In this document: positions 1-9,959 of the stretch, piece by piece | How the letters are laid out: each line of letters starts with the position of its first letter | Position numbering within the stretch: position 1 is the first letter of the stretch | Assembly (NCBI GenBank): GCA_964461055.1 | Contig: CAYWSG010000011.1 | Coordinates: 61-64,060 of the forward strand | Source: an uncultured Enterobacteriaceae bacterium | Lineage (GTDB): Bacteria > Pseudomonadota > Gammaproteobacteria > Burkholderiales > SG8-39 | Direction: 5' to 3' | Length of the DNA: 64,000 nt | Translations under genes and position numbers: made by a program | The notes under the pieces: generated by a model | What the model was told of the DNA's origin: nothing | Database searches by the model: none | What the model saw: the letters and a program-made list of their open reading frames with translations, nothing else

Positions 1-50
1 GCAATCCCGCGACTTTTCTTCGGCAATCCCGGGACTTTTCTTCGGCAATC
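1..50. repeat. 22-bp direct tandem repeat (two full units plus a partial third) just 3-prime of the FAD-oxidoreductase gene. It may continue left of the window.
   Basis: GCAATCCCGcGACTTTTCTTCG (1-22), GCAATCCCGgGACTTTTCTTCG (23-44), GCAATC... (45-50), read directly. Confidence 0.85.
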
Positions 51-51
51 T

Positions 52-1392
52 TCAGGCGCGCAGCACGCACTTGGCGTAGAGGCCCGGAAAGGTGCCGGTG
101 GGGTCGTAGCGCGCCTTGAGGTCGCGGTACGTGTCGCCCCCGTAGAGGCGATGGAACTCCTCCTCCGGAAAGAAGCTGTCCGAATAGAGCGACTTGATGC
201 CGCCGAGCTCGGTGACCTTGCGCTCGATGAGGCGGTTGAAGTGCCCCGCCGGGTAGTGCTCGCGCGTGCGCTTCACGTCCCAGAAGCCGAAGTTGACGTA
301 CCAGTCGTGGCGCATGGGGTAGAGGGAGAAGGATCCGCCCCTCTGCGCATCGAAGCCGATGGGGCAGATCCACTGCGGCCAGAGCGCGATGTTCGCGGCG
401 TAGAAGTCGAGGAACTCCGCCGCGCGCGCGATCGGGATGTCGACGTCCTGGATGATCGACTCGGAGTGCAGGCCGAGCAGGCGCTCAACCTTCTTCGTCA
501 CGCCGGCCCGGCTGTTCCAGCGCATGATTTTCGTATAGGTGCGCGAGCCGAGCCGCGACTTGCCGTAGACGAACCGCCTGACGAGCGGGTTCTGCGCGAA
601 GACGTTCTTGGAGCACCAGAACCAGTCGGTGTCCCAGCGCCACAGGTAATCCTTGATGGTGAGGTAGTCCTCGCGCTTCTCGCGGATGGACCGGTAGTAG
701 ATGTTCTCGAACGTGTAGTCGCTCGTATAGGGTGCGGATTCCGCGAAATGACCCAGGGTGATGTACATCTCCCGGGGCCCGAACACCGTGCCGTCGATGA
801 AGTCGACGGCGCGCGAGCTCAGCTGGCTCTCGAGCGCCTTGAAATACGCGACGGGATCGCCGAAAGCGAGATGCGTGAGGCGTACATAGGGCTTCACCGG
901 GATGGTCTTCGCCTTGACGCGCAGCGCGTAGCCGAGCGTGCCGTAGGAGTTCGGAAAGCCGTAGAAAAGGTCGGCGTGGCCGTTGTCGGGCCGGCAGGTG
1001 ACGATGCGACCGTCGCCGAGCAGCACGTCGGCCTCGAGCACCGTGTCGTGCACGAGCCCGTAGCGATGCGACGAGGACTCGATGCCCACGCCGGCGAGCG
1101 CGCCGCCGAGCGTGATGGTCTTCAGCTGGGGCACCACGGCGGGCATGACCCCGAGCGGCAGGCAGGCGTCGACGAGCGTCTCGTACGGCGTCATGCCCTC
1201 GGCCTCGACGAAGCCCTCGCCGACCCTCAGGACCTCGTTGAAGGCGCGCACGTCGAGGCGCCGGCGCGGCGCCGCCTCGCGGTCGCGGAAGAGGTTCGAC
1301 GTCTCCTTCTCGAGCGCGACCGCGCCCTGGCTAGCCTTGAGCCTGGCGGCCAGCTCTTCTTTCTTCCTGGCGTGGCGTTGCGTCGCCGGCAT
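52..1392 (-). CDS. FAD-binding oxidoreductase (PCMH-type FAD domain, DWF1/BfaA-TmsA-like)
   Basis: 446-aa ORF with an FAD-binding stretch (TITLGGALAGVGIESSSHRYGLVHDTV) and an N-terminal KETSNLFR motif. It overlaps the upstream Cfa-type gene by 62 nt, so the start is not certain. Confidence 0.85.
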   Translation of the reverse strand: MPATQRHARKKEELAARLKASQGAVALEKETSNLFRDREAAPRRRLDVRAFNEVLRVGEGFVEAEGMTPYETLVDACLPLGVMPAVVPQLKTITLGGALAGVGIESSSHRYGLVHDTVLEADVLLGDGRIVTCRPDNGHADLFYGFPNSYGTLGYALRVKAKTIPVKPYVRLTHLAFGDPVAYFKALESQLSSRAVDFIDGTVFGPREMYITLGHFAESAPYTSDYTFENIYYRSIREKREDYLTIKDYLWRWDTDWFWCSKNVFAQNPLVRRFVYGKSRLGSRTYTKIMRWNSRAGVTKKVERLLGLHSESIIQDVDIPIARAAEFLDFYAANIALWPQWICPIGFDAQRGGSFSLYPMRHDWYVNFGFWDVKRTREHYPAGHFNRLIERKVTELGGIKSLYSDSFFPEEEFHRLYGGDTYRDLKARYDPTGTFPGLYAKCVLRA

Positions 1393-2614
1393 AGAGGAAA
1401 TCCCGTGTCATCGGATAGCTCGTGCGCGTGACGTTGCCCTTCGAGAAGACGATCTGGAAGAGGTGCGTCTGCCCGTTCGGCGCGCGGAACATCTCCGCGC
1501 AGCCGTAGAGGTACACGCGCCAGATGCGCCGGAAGCGCTCGTCGAAGCGCCGGGGGTCGAGCGCGCGGATCCTGTCCCAGTTGCGGTCGAAGCGCTCGGC
1601 CCAGTGATCGAGCGTGAGCGCATAGTGCCGGCGCAGGTTCTCGACGTCGAGGACCTCGAGCCCGGCGCGCTCCATCTCGACGATCGTGTCGGCGAGGCTC
1701 GGGATCCAGCCGCCCGGGAAAACGTACTTGCGGATGAAGAAGTCGGTGTCGAAGCGCCCGACGTGGCCGATGAAGTGGATGAGGCCGAGGCCGCCCGGCT
1801 TGAGGAGGCTCGCATGCGCCCGGATCACGTCCCCGAGCTGGTCGCGCCCCGCGTGCTCGAGGCAGCCGATGGACACGAGCTTGTCGAAGCGCCCGGCGAG
1901 CTCGCCGCCGCCGGCGCGGAAGTCGGCATGCATCTGCACGGCGTTGCGGATGCGGAAGCGCTCGATCTGCCGGCGGGCGTGCTCGGCCTGGGAGCCGGTC
2001 GTGTTGATGCTGGTGATCCGCACGCCGTAGTGCTGCGCCGCGTGCATGAGGAAGCCGCCGAAGCCGCTGCCGACGTCGACCACCTCCTCGCCCGGCTGGA
2101 GCAGCACCTTCCGCGCCACGTGGTCGGCCTTGGCGCGCTGCGCTTCCTCGAGCGTTCGCGTCTGGGAAGGCCCGCTGTCGATCCAGTACGCGCAGGTGTA
2201 GAACATGTACGGGTCGTCGAGCCAGAGCTTGTAGAACTCGGGCGTCAGCGCATAGTGGAACTCGGCGTTCTTGTTCGCATGGCGCCGGTTCGCATTCGTA
2301 TGGAGGAACTCGTGCCAGCGGTTGAGCCAGCGCACGAGGCGCGTGGGCTGGTCCATTCCCCCCTGCATGCCGGCGGCCAGCGCGCGCGGCAGGCTCCCCT
2401 CGATGTCGATGTCGCCGTCGAAATAGGCCTCGAGCAGGCCCACGTGCCCGAAGAGGGCGATGCGGCGATAGGCACGCGCGTTGCGGAAGACGAGCTCGAA
2501 CGCCGGCTGCCCCTTGGCGAAATCGAGCACGCCGCCGCCGGCGAAGCGCACCACGAACGGCACGCCCGTTTGTGCCTGAACTTGTCGCAGCGTATTCTCG
2601 ACGTAGCTTCTCAC
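1331..2614 (-). CDS. Cyclopropane-fatty-acyl-phospholipid synthase family SAM-dependent methyltransferase
   Basis: 427-aa ORF with a GTG start. It has the SAM motif VVDVGSGFGGF and Cfa-family N-terminal blocks (HYALTPEFYKLWLDDPYMFYTCAYW). Confidence 0.9.
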   Translation of the reverse strand: MRSYVENTLRQVQAQTGVPFVVRFAGGGVLDFAKGQPAFELVFRNARAYRRIALFGHVGLLEAYFDGDIDIEGSLPRALAAGMQGGMDQPTRLVRWLNRWHEFLHTNANRRHANKNAEFHYALTPEFYKLWLDDPYMFYTCAYWIDSGPSQTRTLEEAQRAKADHVARKVLLQPGEEVVDVGSGFGGFLMHAAQHYGVRITSINTTGSQAEHARRQIERFRIRNAVQMHADFRAGGGELAGRFDKLVSIGCLEHAGRDQLGDVIRAHASLLKPGGLGLIHFIGHVGRFDTDFFIRKYVFPGGWIPSLADTIVEMERAGLEVLDVENLRRHYALTLDHWAERFDRNWDRIRALDPRRFDERFRRIWRVYLYGCAEMFRAPNGQTHLFQIVFSKGNVTRTSYPMTRDFLYAGDATPRQEERRAGRQAQG

Positions 2615-2641
2615 GGCGCCTTGACCTTCCTCACGGCGCGG

Positions 2642-2647
2642 ATTCTA
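2642..2647 (-). promoter_or_regulatory. Putative -10 hexamer TAGAAT for the Cfa-type/FAD-oxidoreductase operon
   Basis: The minus strand reads GGTAGAATCC, followed about 20 nt later by GAGGAAGG (SD-like) and the GTG start at 2614. No clear -35. Confidence 0.3.
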
Positions 2648-2780
2648 CCGTTCCACTCCGAGCCCGGGACACGTGCCGCTCGAACGTCAAATAGGCAAAA
2701 CAAATCGACGTCATTGCCTTTTTCCATTTGCCCTATATGGCAGCGTGGGCTAACCTGCCCTCTTCTATTGGAGGACCCTT

Positions 2781-3203
2781 ATGAAAGCACTTAAAGGAAC
2801 TAAAACGCACGAGAACCTGAAGGCGGCGTTCGCGGGCGAATCCCAGGCGAACCGCCGTTACCTCTATTTCGCTGCGAAAGCCGACGTGGAAGGCCAGAAC
2901 GACGTTTCGGCGCTCTTCCGCTCCACCGCCGAAGGCGAGACCGGCCACGCGCACGGGCACCTCGAGTACCTGGAGGCGGTGGGCGACCCGGCGACCGACC
3001 TGCCGATCGGCCGCACGCGCGACAACCTGAAAGCCGCGGTGGCTGGCGAGACGCACGAGTACACCGACATGTACCCGGGCATGGCCAAGACCGCGCGCGA
3101 GGAAGGCTTCACCGAGATCGCCGACTGGTTCGAGACGCTGGCAAAGGCCGAGCGCAGCCACGCGAACCGCTTCCAGAAGGCGCTGGACGCGCTGGCCGAC
3201 TAG
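2781..3203 (+). CDS. Rubrerythrin-family diiron protein lacking the rubredoxin domain (erythrin-type)
   Basis: 140 aa with E..EGETGHAH and AGETHEY...KAERSHANR diiron ligand motifs and no Cys at all. GGAGGA SD lies about 8 nt upstream of the ATG. Confidence 0.9.
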   Translation: MKALKGTKTHENLKAAFAGESQANRRYLYFAAKADVEGQNDVSALFRSTAEGETGHAHGHLEYLEAVGDPATDLPIGRTRDNLKAAVAGETHEYTDMYPGMAKTAREEGFTEIADWFETLAKAERSHANRFQKALDALAD

Positions 3204-3225
3204 GCTGTAGCCGCAGCAGGAAGTT

Positions 3226-4584
3226 ATGAGAGAAGGCTCGCTCGAAGCTCCCACGCGGCATCCTCTCGACTGGAAGAATCCCGAGTTCTGGGACCAGGCG
3301 AAGGCCGAGCAGGAGCTCGAGCGGATCTTCGACATCTGCCACGGCTGCCGCCGCTGCGTCAGCCTGTGCACCGCCTTCCCGACGCTGTTCGACCTGGTGG
3401 ACGAGTCGCCCACCATGGAGGTCGACGGCGTCAAGAAGGAGGACTACTGGAAGGTCGTGGACCAGTGTTACCTCTGCGACCTCTGCTACATGACGAAGTG
3501 CCCCTACGTTCCGCCGCATCCGTGGAACGTGGACTTCCCGCACGTCATGCTGCGGGCCAAGGCGATCAAGTTCAGGCAGGGGCGCAGCTCCTCGCGTCCG
3601 CTTCGCGATCGCCTCCTCTCGTCGACCGACGCGATGGGCAAGCTCGCCGCCATCCCGGTCGTCGCGCAGACCGTCAACGCGGTGAACCGCAATTCGCTCG
3701 CGCGGGGCGCCCTGCAATCGGTGCTCGGCGTGCACAAGGACCGCGAGCTGCCGCCCTATGCGCCCGGCAAGTTTCGCTCTTCATTCAAGAAATCTTCCTC
3801 GTTCCCGGCGAAGGACGGGGCGAAAACCCCGGGCAAGGTGGCGATCTTCTCCACCTGCTACGTGAACTACAACGAGCCGGGGATCGGCCACGATCTGCTC
3901 GCCATCCTCGAGCACAACGAGATCCCCTACGAGATCGTCGAGAAAGAGGCGTGCTGCGGCATGCCCAAGCTCGAGCTCGGCGACCTCGAGGGCGTCGACG
4001 CGCTCAAGCAGAAGAACATTCCCGTGCTCGCGCGCTACGCGCGCGAGGGCTACGCGATCCTCGCGCCGGTCCCGTCCTGCGCGCTCATGTTCAAGCAGGA
4101 GCTGCCGCTCATGTACCCGGACGACCCGGAGACGGCCGCGGTGCGCGACGCCATGTGGGATCCGTTCGAGTATTTCGTCCAGCGGCGCAAGGACGGCCTG
4201 CTCAAGACCGAGTTCAAGCAGCCGCTCGGCAAGGTCTCCTATCACATCCCCTGCCACTCGCGGGTGCAGAACATGGGGCAGAAGACGCGCGAGCTGCTCG
4301 AAGCGATCCCCGGCACCGCCGTGAAGACCGTCGAGCGCTGCTCCGGGCACGACGGCACCTGGGGCGTCAAGGCCGAGTACTACGCGAACGCCATGAAGAT
4401 CGGCCGCCCGGTGTTCCGCCAGATGGCCGAAGGGCCGGACGGCTCGGGCGCCGATTACGTGAGCTCCGACTGCCCGATCGCCGCCCGCCACATCCTGCAG
4501 GGCATGGGCGAGGACGGCGGCGGCGTCATCGCCGCGCAGAAGGCCCATCCGCTCACGCTGCTTCGCAAGGCGTACGGGATTTAG
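3226..4584 (+). CDS. (Fe-S)-binding protein, heterodisulfide-reductase-related (HdrD/GlpC-like, CCG domains)
   Basis: 452 aa with two ferredoxin-type clusters ([24 protein letters not shown]) and C-terminal Cys-rich CCG-type motifs ([30 protein letters not shown]). Confidence 0.85.
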   Translation: MREGSLEAPTRHPLDWKNPEFWDQAKAEQELERIFDICHGCRRCVSLCTAFPTLFDLVDESPTMEVDGVKKEDYWKVVDQCYLCDLCYMTKCPYVPPHPWNVDFPHVMLRAKAIKFRQGRSSSRPLRDRLLSSTDAMGKLAAIPVVAQTVNAVNRNSLARGALQSVLGVHKDRELPPYAPGKFRSSFKKSSSFPAKDGAKTPGKVAIFSTCYVNYNEPGIGHDLLAILEHNEIPYEIVEKEACCGMPKLELGDLEGVDALKQKNIPVLARYAREGYAILAPVPSCALMFKQELPLMYPDDPETAAVRDAMWDPFEYFVQRRKDGLLKTEFKQPLGKVSYHIPCHSRVQNMGQKTRELLEAIPGTAVKTVERCSGHDGTWGVKAEYYANAMKIGRPVFRQMAEGPDGSGADYVSSDCPIAARHILQGMGEDGGGVIAAQKAHPLTLLRKAYGI

Positions 4585-4597
4585 GTCCCTTATTGCA

Positions 4598-5395
4598 GTG
4601 CTTCTTCTGGGCGGCTGCGTGCCCATGCCGCCCCTCGACGCGCAGCATGCGCCCGCCGTCGCCGTCCTCGGCGATACGCCCTACTCCACGACCGAAGCCG
4701 GCCGCCTCGACCGGCTGATCGGCGACCTCAACGCGCGGCCGCTCGCGTTCGTGGTCCACGTGGGCGACCTCGGCACGAGCGCGCAAGCCTGTCGCGACGA
4801 CTGGCTCGCGGCCCGCCGGGCGCAGCTCGGGCGCCTCAGCCATCCGCTCATCGTCCTGCCCGGCGACAACGACTGGAGCGACTGTCACCTTCAGGGCGCC
4901 GATCCGCTCGCGCGCCTGGCGCGCTGGCGCGAGCTCTTCTGCGTCGCGCCAGCGTCGATCCGCGTCGAGCGGCAGCCGGGCCCCTACTGCGAGCACGTGC
5001 GCTGGCGGATCGGCGAGACGCTCTTCGTCGCGCTCAATGTCCCCGGCAACCGCAACAACGCGCGGCAGCCGGAGGAGCATCGACGGCGCATGGAGGCCGC
5101 GCTCGCGTGGCTCGAGGCGGCCGCGCGCCTCGAGCCCAGGCGCCTCGTCGTCCTCATGCACGCCAACCCCTATCTCGCCGCGAAACCCTACCGCGTCCTC
5201 ATGGAGCGGCTGCAGGCGCTGGCGTCCCGTCGCCCGGGCCGCGTCGTGCTCGTGCACGGCGACACGCACATCGCGAAGGACGACGAGCCGTCCCCCGGCC
5301 TGCGGCGCATCGAGGTGTGGGGCTCGCCCTTCGTCGGCTGGACGCGGCTCGTGCTCGGCGAGGCCCTCGAAGTGGAGAGCAGCATCGCCTACTGA
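4598..5395 (+). CDS. Calcineurin-like metallophosphoesterase, probable lipoprotein
   Basis: Has GDTPY, VHVGDLG and LPGDNDW metallophosphoesterase motifs. The lipobox LLGGC sits right at the annotated GTG start, so the true start is probably upstream or non-canonical (see finding). Confidence 0.75.
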   Translation: MLLLGGCVPMPPLDAQHAPAVAVLGDTPYSTTEAGRLDRLIGDLNARPLAFVVHVGDLGTSAQACRDDWLAARRAQLGRLSHPLIVLPGDNDWSDCHLQGADPLARLARWRELFCVAPASIRVERQPGPYCEHVRWRIGETLFVALNVPGNRNNARQPEEHRRRMEAALAWLEAAARLEPRRLVVLMHANPYLAAKPYRVLMERLQALASRRPGRVVLVHGDTHIAKDDEPSPGLRRIEVWGSPFVGWTRLVLGEALEVESSIAY

Positions 5396-5401
5396 ACCGC
5401 G

Positions 5402-6592
5402 CTAGCGAAGCTCCTCGTCGATCAGGACTTCGACGTTGCGCGCCGTGTTCGGCACGGGCGCGCTGAGGCCCTCGAGGTCGCCGGGCTGCGGCGCGGCGCT
5501 GCCGGAGCGGGACACGCGCGCCACGACGACCACCTGCGAGTGGGCGGAGAGCTTGCCGGCCGGGGTCATCGCCATGCTGTCGTCGAGCTTGAACGCGAGC
5601 GGCAGGTCGCTCACCTTGCGCCGGAGCACCGCGAGCGGCATCCCGGCGCCCTGCGCCGGGCGCGCGAAGACGAACACGGTGTCGTCCGGCGCGGCCTTCC
5701 CGGCGATCTCCGGCGAGAGCTTCACCATGCCGGTCACTCCCGCGGCGGCCGTTTGCTCGGTTCCTGCGGATCCCTGCTTCGCCAGCACCCGCGCCTGCTC
5801 GACGTTCGTGCGCACCATGCGGGCGTCTTCCGACTCGGGAGGAATGTGCGGGAGCATGCGCTCCCACAGCGCGGCCGCCTGCGCGTAGTTCCCCTGCTCG
5901 AACGCCGCGGTGCCGGCGAGCGCGAGCGCCTTGAGGTTGTCCGGGTCGAGCTCGAGCGCGCGCAGGACGAGCCTTTCCGGCTCGCCCTTCAGCGACTGGC
6001 CCTGCGCCATGGCGAGCGCGTCGGCGAGGTCCGCGAGGAGCCGCGGGTCCTTCGGCGAGCGCTCCGCGGCATGCCGGAACGCGCGCGCCGCCTCCTCGAA
6101 GCGGCCGAGCACCTGGTAGGAACGTCCGAGCATCGTCCAGCCCTGCACGTCCTCCGGCGTCTTTTCCAGCCGCTCGGCGAGCCGCCCCACCAGCGCCTCG
6201 ATCTCGGCCGGGCCGATCGTGGGCTCGGCGGCCGGCTGGAGGGCGGCCGGATTGCCGACCGCGAGATAGACGGCAAGCGCGAGAACGGGAACGCCGGCCG
6301 CCGCGGCGAGGGCGAGCCCGCGCGCGCCGTGCGGCTGCGCGGCGCCTTCCTCGTCGGAGACGTCCTCGAGCAGGCGCTTTTCCAACTCCTCTCGCGCGCG
6401 GTCGTAGTCGGCCTGCGCTAGCGTGCCGGCCTTCAGGTCGGCGTCGAGCTCGCGCAGGTGGTCGCGGTACACCGCGATGTTCAGCGCCCGGGCGGAGAGC
6501 GGGGCCGCGCCGCCGCGGCGCACGAGCGGCCGCACGACGAGCGCGACGACCGCCGCCGCGAGCAGCAGGGCCAGGATCCAGAACACGATCAT
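5402..6592 (-). CDS. ccmI: Cytochrome c-type biogenesis protein CcmI (CycH), TPR-containing
   Basis: I take the internal ATG (MIVFWILALLLAAAVV...), which overlaps the ccmH stop as ATGA. N-terminal TM segments are followed by TPR-like repeats. The last gene of the ccm operon. Confidence 0.85.
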   Translation of the reverse strand: MIVFWILALLLAAAVVALVVRPLVRRGGAAPLSARALNIAVYRDHLRELDADLKAGTLAQADYDRAREELEKRLLEDVSDEEGAAQPHGARGLALAAAAGVPVLALAVYLAVGNPAALQPAAEPTIGPAEIEALVGRLAERLEKTPEDVQGWTMLGRSYQVLGRFEEAARAFRHAAERSPKDPRLLADLADALAMAQGQSLKGEPERLVLRALELDPDNLKALALAGTAAFEQGNYAQAAALWERMLPHIPPESEDARMVRTNVEQARVLAKQGSAGTEQTAAAGVTGMVKLSPEIAGKAAPDDTVFVFARPAQGAGMPLAVLRRKVSDLPLAFKLDDSMAMTPAGKLSAHSQVVVVARVSRSGSAAPQPGDLEGLSAPVPNTARNVEVLIDEELR

Positions 6593-7044
6593 TCGCGGGT
6601 CGCGTCCAGCAGCCGGGCGGCGCGCTCGCGCTCCTCGGGCGTGAGCGCCACGGGCGCCTGCCGCGCGCGGCGCACGCGCCGCGCGAGCAGCCACACGCCA
6701 AGGGCGAGCAGCAGGAAAGGCCCCGTCCAGAGAAGCACCGTCGTCGCCTTGAGGGGCGGCCGGTAGAGGACGAAGTCGCCATAGCGTGCGACGAGGAGAT
6801 CGACGACTTCCTGCTCGCTCTTCCCGGCCGCGAGCTCGGCGCGGATGCGGTTACGCATGTCGAGCGCGAGCTCGGCATTCGAGTCGGCGAGCGTCTGGTT
6901 CTGGCACACGAGGCAGCGCAGCTCGGAAGCGAGCGCCATCACCCGCTTGTCCAGGCTCTGCTCCCTCGCGTCTGCGCACGCCCGTCCGGAGATCAACAGG
7001 AGCGGAAGAAGCAGCGAAAGAACGAGCGCGGCCGACCTACTCAC
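6589..7044 (-). CDS. ccmH: Cytochrome c-type biogenesis protein CcmH
   Basis: 151 aa with a signal peptide and the LRCLVCQNQTLADS motif. GTG start. Confidence 0.92.
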   Translation of the reverse strand: MSRSAALVLSLLLPLLLISGRACADAREQSLDKRVMALASELRCLVCQNQTLADSNAELALDMRNRIRAELAAGKSEQEVVDLLVARYGDFVLYRPPLKATTVLLWTGPFLLLALGVWLLARRVRRARQAPVALTPEERERAARLLDATRE

Positions 7045-7567
7045 GCTTCAGCTCGCGGATGAGGGGGACGATGCGCTCGGACATGACCTGCGGCGTCACG
7101 GGGCCGATCTGCTTGTAGCGGATGATGCCCTTCTTGTCGATCACGTACGTTTCCGGCACTCCGTAGACGCCGTAGTCGAAGCCGACGGCGCCCTTCACGT
7201 CGTAGAGCGAGGTGGTGAAGGGATCGCCGTACTTTGCAAGCCAGCGCAGGCCGTCTTCGCGCTGGTCCTTGTAGTTGAGGCCGTAGAGCGGCGCGAGCCC
7301 CGTCCTGGCGAACTCGACGAGCAGCCCGTGCTCGTCGCGGCAGGCGACGCACCACGAGGCCCAGACATTGAGCACCCAGACCTGTCCGAGCGTGTCCCGG
7401 GAAGCGAACACCTTGTCGGGCTGCGCGAGGAGCGGAAGCTCGAACGCGGGCGCGGGCTTTCCCACGAGCGGCGAGGGAACTTCGCGCGGGTTGAGCGTGA
7501 GCCCCACCGCGAGCACGCCGACCAGCACCGCGAACACGCCGACGACGGTCCAGGCCTTGCGATTCAC
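7037..7567 (-). CDS. ccmG: Thiol:disulfide interchange protein DsbE/CcmG
   Basis: The C-terminal part of ORF 7037..9403 has a TM anchor and the thioredoxin motif WASWCVACRDE. The GTG start at 7567 overlaps the ccmF stop (GTGA). Confidence 0.9.
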   Translation of the reverse strand: MNRKAWTVVGVFAVLVGVLAVGLTLNPREVPSPLVGKPAPAFELPLLAQPDKVFASRDTLGQVWVLNVWASWCVACRDEHGLLVEFARTGLAPLYGLNYKDQREDGLRWLAKYGDPFTTSLYDVKGAVGFDYGVYGVPETYVIDKKGIIRYKQIGPVTPQVMSERIVPLIRELKRE

Positions 7568-9504
7568 GCCATGGCCTCCCGCGAGCGCTCCTTCGCGGCC
7601 GCCTCGGCGCGACGCGCGACGCGGTAGCGGCGGTCGCTCGCCGCGAGGAAGCCGCCGATCGCCATGAGCAGGCACCCACCCCAGATCCAGTCGACGAAGG
7701 GCTTGTACTGCACGCGCATCACCCAGGCGCCGCCGTCCACCGGGTCGCCGAGGGACACGTACAGGTCCCTCGTCAGGCCGGTGTCGATGGCCGCCTCGGT
7801 CATCGGCATCTGCTGCACCGTGTACACGCGCTTCTCCGGCCGCAATGTCGTGACGTGGCGGCCTTCGCGCGTCACCTCGACCGTCGCGCGCGCCGCGCGG
7901 TAGTTGGGGCCGTCCACGGCGCCCACCTCGCGCAACGCGAACACGTAGCCCGCCATTTCGACCTGGTCGCCCGGCTGCATGCGCACGTCCTGCTCCTGCT
8001 CGTAGCCGTTCACCAGCGCGACGCCCACCACGAACACGCCCACGCCGACGTGCGCGAGGACCATGCCGTAGTGCGCGCGCGTCTGCTTCCAGCGCTTGCG
8101 GAGCGTGAGGACGCTCGTGAGCACGATCCAGATCGCGAGCGCGAGCGAGAAGCCGACGAGCGGCTTCCACGTCCCGAGGAAGAGCGGCAGCGCGAGCCCG
8201 ACGACGAGGCTCACGCCGAGCGCCCAGCGCAGGAGCGCCGCGAGCTCCGGAAGCGAGGCGCGCTTCCAGCGTGCGAGCGGGCCGACGCCCATGAGAAAGA
8301 GCGCCGGCGCCATGAGCGGCCCGAACACCGTCTCGAAGTACGGCGGCCCGACCGAGATCTTGCCGGCGCCGAGCGCATCGAGCACGAGCGGATAGAGCGT
8401 GCCGAGGAACACCGATCCCGCCGCGGCCGCGAGGAGGACGTTGTTCGCGAGGAGCAGGCTCTCGCGCGAGAGCGGCTTGAACTCGCCCCCCAGGCCGATG
8501 CGCGAGGTGCGAAGCGCATAGAGGACGAGCGCGCCGCCGATTAGCACGACGAAGAGCGCGAGGATGAAGATGCCCCGGCGCGGATCGACGGCGAAGGCGT
8601 GCACGGAAGTGAGCACGCCCGAGCGCACGAGGAAGGTGCCGAGCAGGCTGAGCGCGAAGGCGGCGATGGCGAGGAGCACCGTCCAGCTCCGGAAGCTGCC
8701 GCGCTTCTCCGTCACGGCGAGCGAGTGGATGAGCGCGGTGCCGACGAGCCACGGCATGAAGGAGGCGTTCTCGACCGGGTCCCAGAACCACCAGCCGCCC
8801 CAGCCGAGCTCGTAGTACGCCCAGTAGCTGCCGAGGGCGATGCCGAGCGTGAGGAAGCACCACGCGACGGTGGTCCAGGGACGCGACCAGCGCGCCCAGG
8901 CCGCGTCGAGCCGCCCGGAGAGGAGCGCCGCCACGGCGAACGCGAAGGCGACCGAGAAGCCGACGTAGCCCATGTAGAGCATCGGCGGGTGGAACACCAT
9001 GCCGGGATCCTGCAGGAGCGGGTTGAGGTCCCGCCCGTCGGCGGCCGCCGGAAGCAGGCGCTCGAAGGGGTTCGACGTGAAGAGCAGGAACGCGAGGAAG
9101 CCCGTGCTGATGAGGCCCATGACGCCGAGCACGCGCGCGACCATCGCCTCGGGCAGATGGCCGCTGAAGAGGCTGACCGCGACCGTCCAGAGCGCGAGCA
9201 TCAGCGCCCACAGGAGGAGCGAGCCTTCGTGGCTTCCCCAGCTCGCCGCGATGCGATAGGGCAGCGGCAGCGCGCTGTTGGAGTTCGTGGCCACGTTGAC
9301 CACGGAGAAGTCGTTGACGACGAAGCTGTAGACGAGGCACCCGAAGGCGAACGCCACGAGCAGCGCCTGCGCCTGCGCGGCGGGACGCGAAAGCGCCATC
9401 CACGCCGCCCGCCCGGCCGCCGCGCCGCGCAGCGACACGAATGCCTGCAGGCAGGCGACGACGAGCGCGAGGGAAAGGGCGACCTGCCCGAGCTCCGGGA
9501 TCAT
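7564..9504 (-). CDS. ccmF: Heme lyase CcmF
   Basis: 646-aa polytopic membrane protein with the Trp-rich [14 protein letters not shown] motif. Confidence 0.95.
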   Translation of the reverse strand: MIPELGQVALSLALVVACLQAFVSLRGAAAGRAAWMALSRPAAQAQALLVAFAFGCLVYSFVVNDFSVVNVATNSNSALPLPYRIAASWGSHEGSLLLWALMLALWTVAVSLFSGHLPEAMVARVLGVMGLISTGFLAFLLFTSNPFERLLPAAADGRDLNPLLQDPGMVFHPPMLYMGYVGFSVAFAFAVAALLSGRLDAAWARWSRPWTTVAWCFLTLGIALGSYWAYYELGWGGWWFWDPVENASFMPWLVGTALIHSLAVTEKRGSFRSWTVLLAIAAFALSLLGTFLVRSGVLTSVHAFAVDPRRGIFILALFVVLIGGALVLYALRTSRIGLGGEFKPLSRESLLLANNVLLAAAAGSVFLGTLYPLVLDALGAGKISVGPPYFETVFGPLMAPALFLMGVGPLARWKRASLPELAALLRWALGVSLVVGLALPLFLGTWKPLVGFSLALAIWIVLTSVLTLRKRWKQTRAHYGMVLAHVGVGVFVVGVALVNGYEQEQDVRMQPGDQVEMAGYVFALREVGAVDGPNYRAARATVEVTREGRHVTTLRPEKRVYTVQQMPMTEAAIDTGLTRDLYVSLGDPVDGGAWVMRVQYKPFVDWIWGGCLLMAIGGFLAASDRRYRVARRAEAAAKERSREAMA

Positions 9505-9959
9505 TTCTGCAGCGTCTTTCCGGTGCGCGCAGCCGTCTCGTGCGCCTTCTGTACCGCCTCGGCGGCCTCCGGCGGCATGTAGTTCTCGTCGTGCTTGGCG
9601 AGCACCTCGCGCGCGTGGAAGACGCCGTCGGGGCCGAGCTGGCCCTGCGCGACCACGCCCTTGCCCTCGCGGAAGAGGTCCGGCAAAGACCCCTTGTAGA
9701 CGACGGGTATCGCCTTCGCCGTATCCGTGACGACGAAGTGCACCGTGACGCCGTCGGCCTGGCGGCGCACGCTACCCGTCTCGACCATGCCGCCGATGCG
9801 GAAGGTCCGGCCCTGCGGGGCCTCGTTCGCCGCGACCTGGGTCGGCGTGAAGAAGAAGACGAGGTTCTGCTGGAACGCGGCGAGCACGAGGGCCGTCACG
9901 AGCCCCAGGGCGGCGAGCCCGAGCCCGATGGCGGCCATGCGCTTGTGTCGTGGCTTCAT
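9501..9959 (-). CDS. ccmE: Cytochrome c maturation heme chaperone CcmE
   Basis: The internal ATG (MKPRHKRM...) overlaps the ccmD stop (ATGA). Has a TM anchor and the [12 protein letters not shown] heme-binding region. Confidence 0.93.
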   Translation of the reverse strand: MKPRHKRMAAIGLGLAALGLVTALVLAAFQQNLVFFFTPTQVAANEAPQGRTFRIGGMVETGSVRRQADGVTVHFVVTDTAKAIPVVYKGSLPDLFREGKGVVAQGQLGPDGVFHAREVLAKHDENYMPPEAAEAVQKAHETAARTGKTLQK

